NCBI GenBank assembly: GCA_027061865.1
Contig: JAMOVZ010000399.1
Span: 1-27,936 of the forward strand
DNA: 27,936 nt
DNA from: Desulfobacterales bacterium
GTDB taxonomy: Bacteria; Desulfobacterota; DSM-4660; Desulfatiglandales; Desulfatiglandaceae
Direction of reading: 5' to 3'
The notes under the pieces were generated by a model that was given only the letters and a program-made list of their open reading frames with translations, made no database searches and had not been told where the DNA came from. Position numbers and translations under genes: made by a program. Shown one piece after another: positions 27,246 through 27,936 of this stretch. Numbering within the stretch: the stretch's first letter is position 1; each line of letters begins with the position of its first letter.

Positions 27246-27936
27246 CTAAAACTTCTCCCTTATCTGTTCATAGGCCATTGAAAGCGCCCTTTTTGTCAGC
27301 ACTCTTACCATATCCTTTCTATAAGCAGCAGAGGCCCTGAAATCATCAATGGGATGGCTGTCAAGAGAGGCTGCTTGGCCGGCTTGTTCGAAGAGTTTCG
27401 TGCCAGGTTTCTCCCCTTTTAAAACCGATTCCGCCCTAGGCGATCTCATGGGAGTAGGGGCCACCGAGCCAAGCACAATCCGGGCTTCAGTTATGACTCC
27501 ATCGCCATCCATTGAGATGAATGCTGCCGCATTCACTATAGATATTTCCAAGGCCTTTCTTCTGCCCAGTTTAATATAGCCGCATCCATTAGGGCCTGGT
27601 TGAAGAGGGATATTAATCTCTGAGAGTATTTCGTGCGGCTTTATCTCCGTCTCACCCGGCCCAAGAAAGAACTTATCGAGCTCCAACATTCTCTCACCCC
27701 CCAAAGAGCGCAGAATCACGCTTGCTCCATAGGCCATAAGTGGAGGGGAAAGGTCTGCCGCAGGCCTTGCAGTCACCAGGTTTCCACCTACGGTGGCAAG
27801 ATTCCTTATGGGGGGTGACCCAAGTGATTCCGCCCCAAGGGCTATGCCGGGAAAGGCAGCCCTGATCAGCTGAGAGGATGAGATGTCTGCCACCCGGTGA
27901 CACGGCAGGATCTTCACAGCATCCCCATCTTGGTAT
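27246..27936 (-). CDS. Xanthine/CO dehydrogenase family FAD-binding subunit (CoxM-like; N-terminus off the right edge)
   Basis: IRNLATVGGNL, PAADL, ARIVLGSVAPTP and PIDDFRASAAYRK. The frame stays open to the window end. Confidence 0.9.
   Translation of the reverse strand, partial: YQDGDAVKILPCHRVADISSSQLIRAAFPGIALGAESLGSPPIRNLATVGGNLVTARPAADLSPPLMAYGASVILRSLGGERMLELDKFFLGPGETEIKPHEILSEINIPLQPGPNGCGYIKLGRRKALEISIVNAAAFISMDGDGVITEARIVLGSVAPTPMRSPRAESVLKGEKPGTKLFEQAGQAASLDSHPIDDFRASAAYRKDMVRVLTKRALSMAYEQIREKF

Overview
Bacterial genomic window (about 45-55% GC). A tetrahaem cytochrome c3, hydrogenase maturation genes, a tungsten AOR and a HydABC-like flavoprotein point to an anaerobe, most likely a Desulfobacterota-type organism; this taxonomy is inferred. 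Left to right: the 3' part of an lsr AI-2 uptake and catabolism operon (lsrD partial, lsrB, lsrK, a cupin, lsrF, with no lsrG in view); a tungsten aldehyde:ferredoxin oxidoreductase; a GlcD/D-lactate-dehydrogenase-type flavoprotein, divergent from a NuoE/F/G-like (HydC/B/A-like) operon that lacks any catalytic subunit and ends in a class V PLP enzyme; perR-katG; rmuC; hydrogenase protease, hypC and cytochrome c3; a BASS transporter; a GH13_18 (glucosylglycerate-type) phosphorylase; an HDOD protein; a single ORF fusing an ArsS-type radical SAM domain to an ArsM/AS3MT arsenite methyltransferase; a secreted hypothetical protein; tRNA-fMet; a beta-CASP ribonuclease; and the small and FAD subunits of a xanthine/CO-dehydrogenase-family enzyme (truncated by the window edge). 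The strongest leads are the ArsS-ArsM fusion, the cupin that may replace LsrG, and the orphan bifurcating-type module lying next to AOR and GlcD. All family calls come from motif recognition; no database search was run. I saw no CRISPR array or mobile element.
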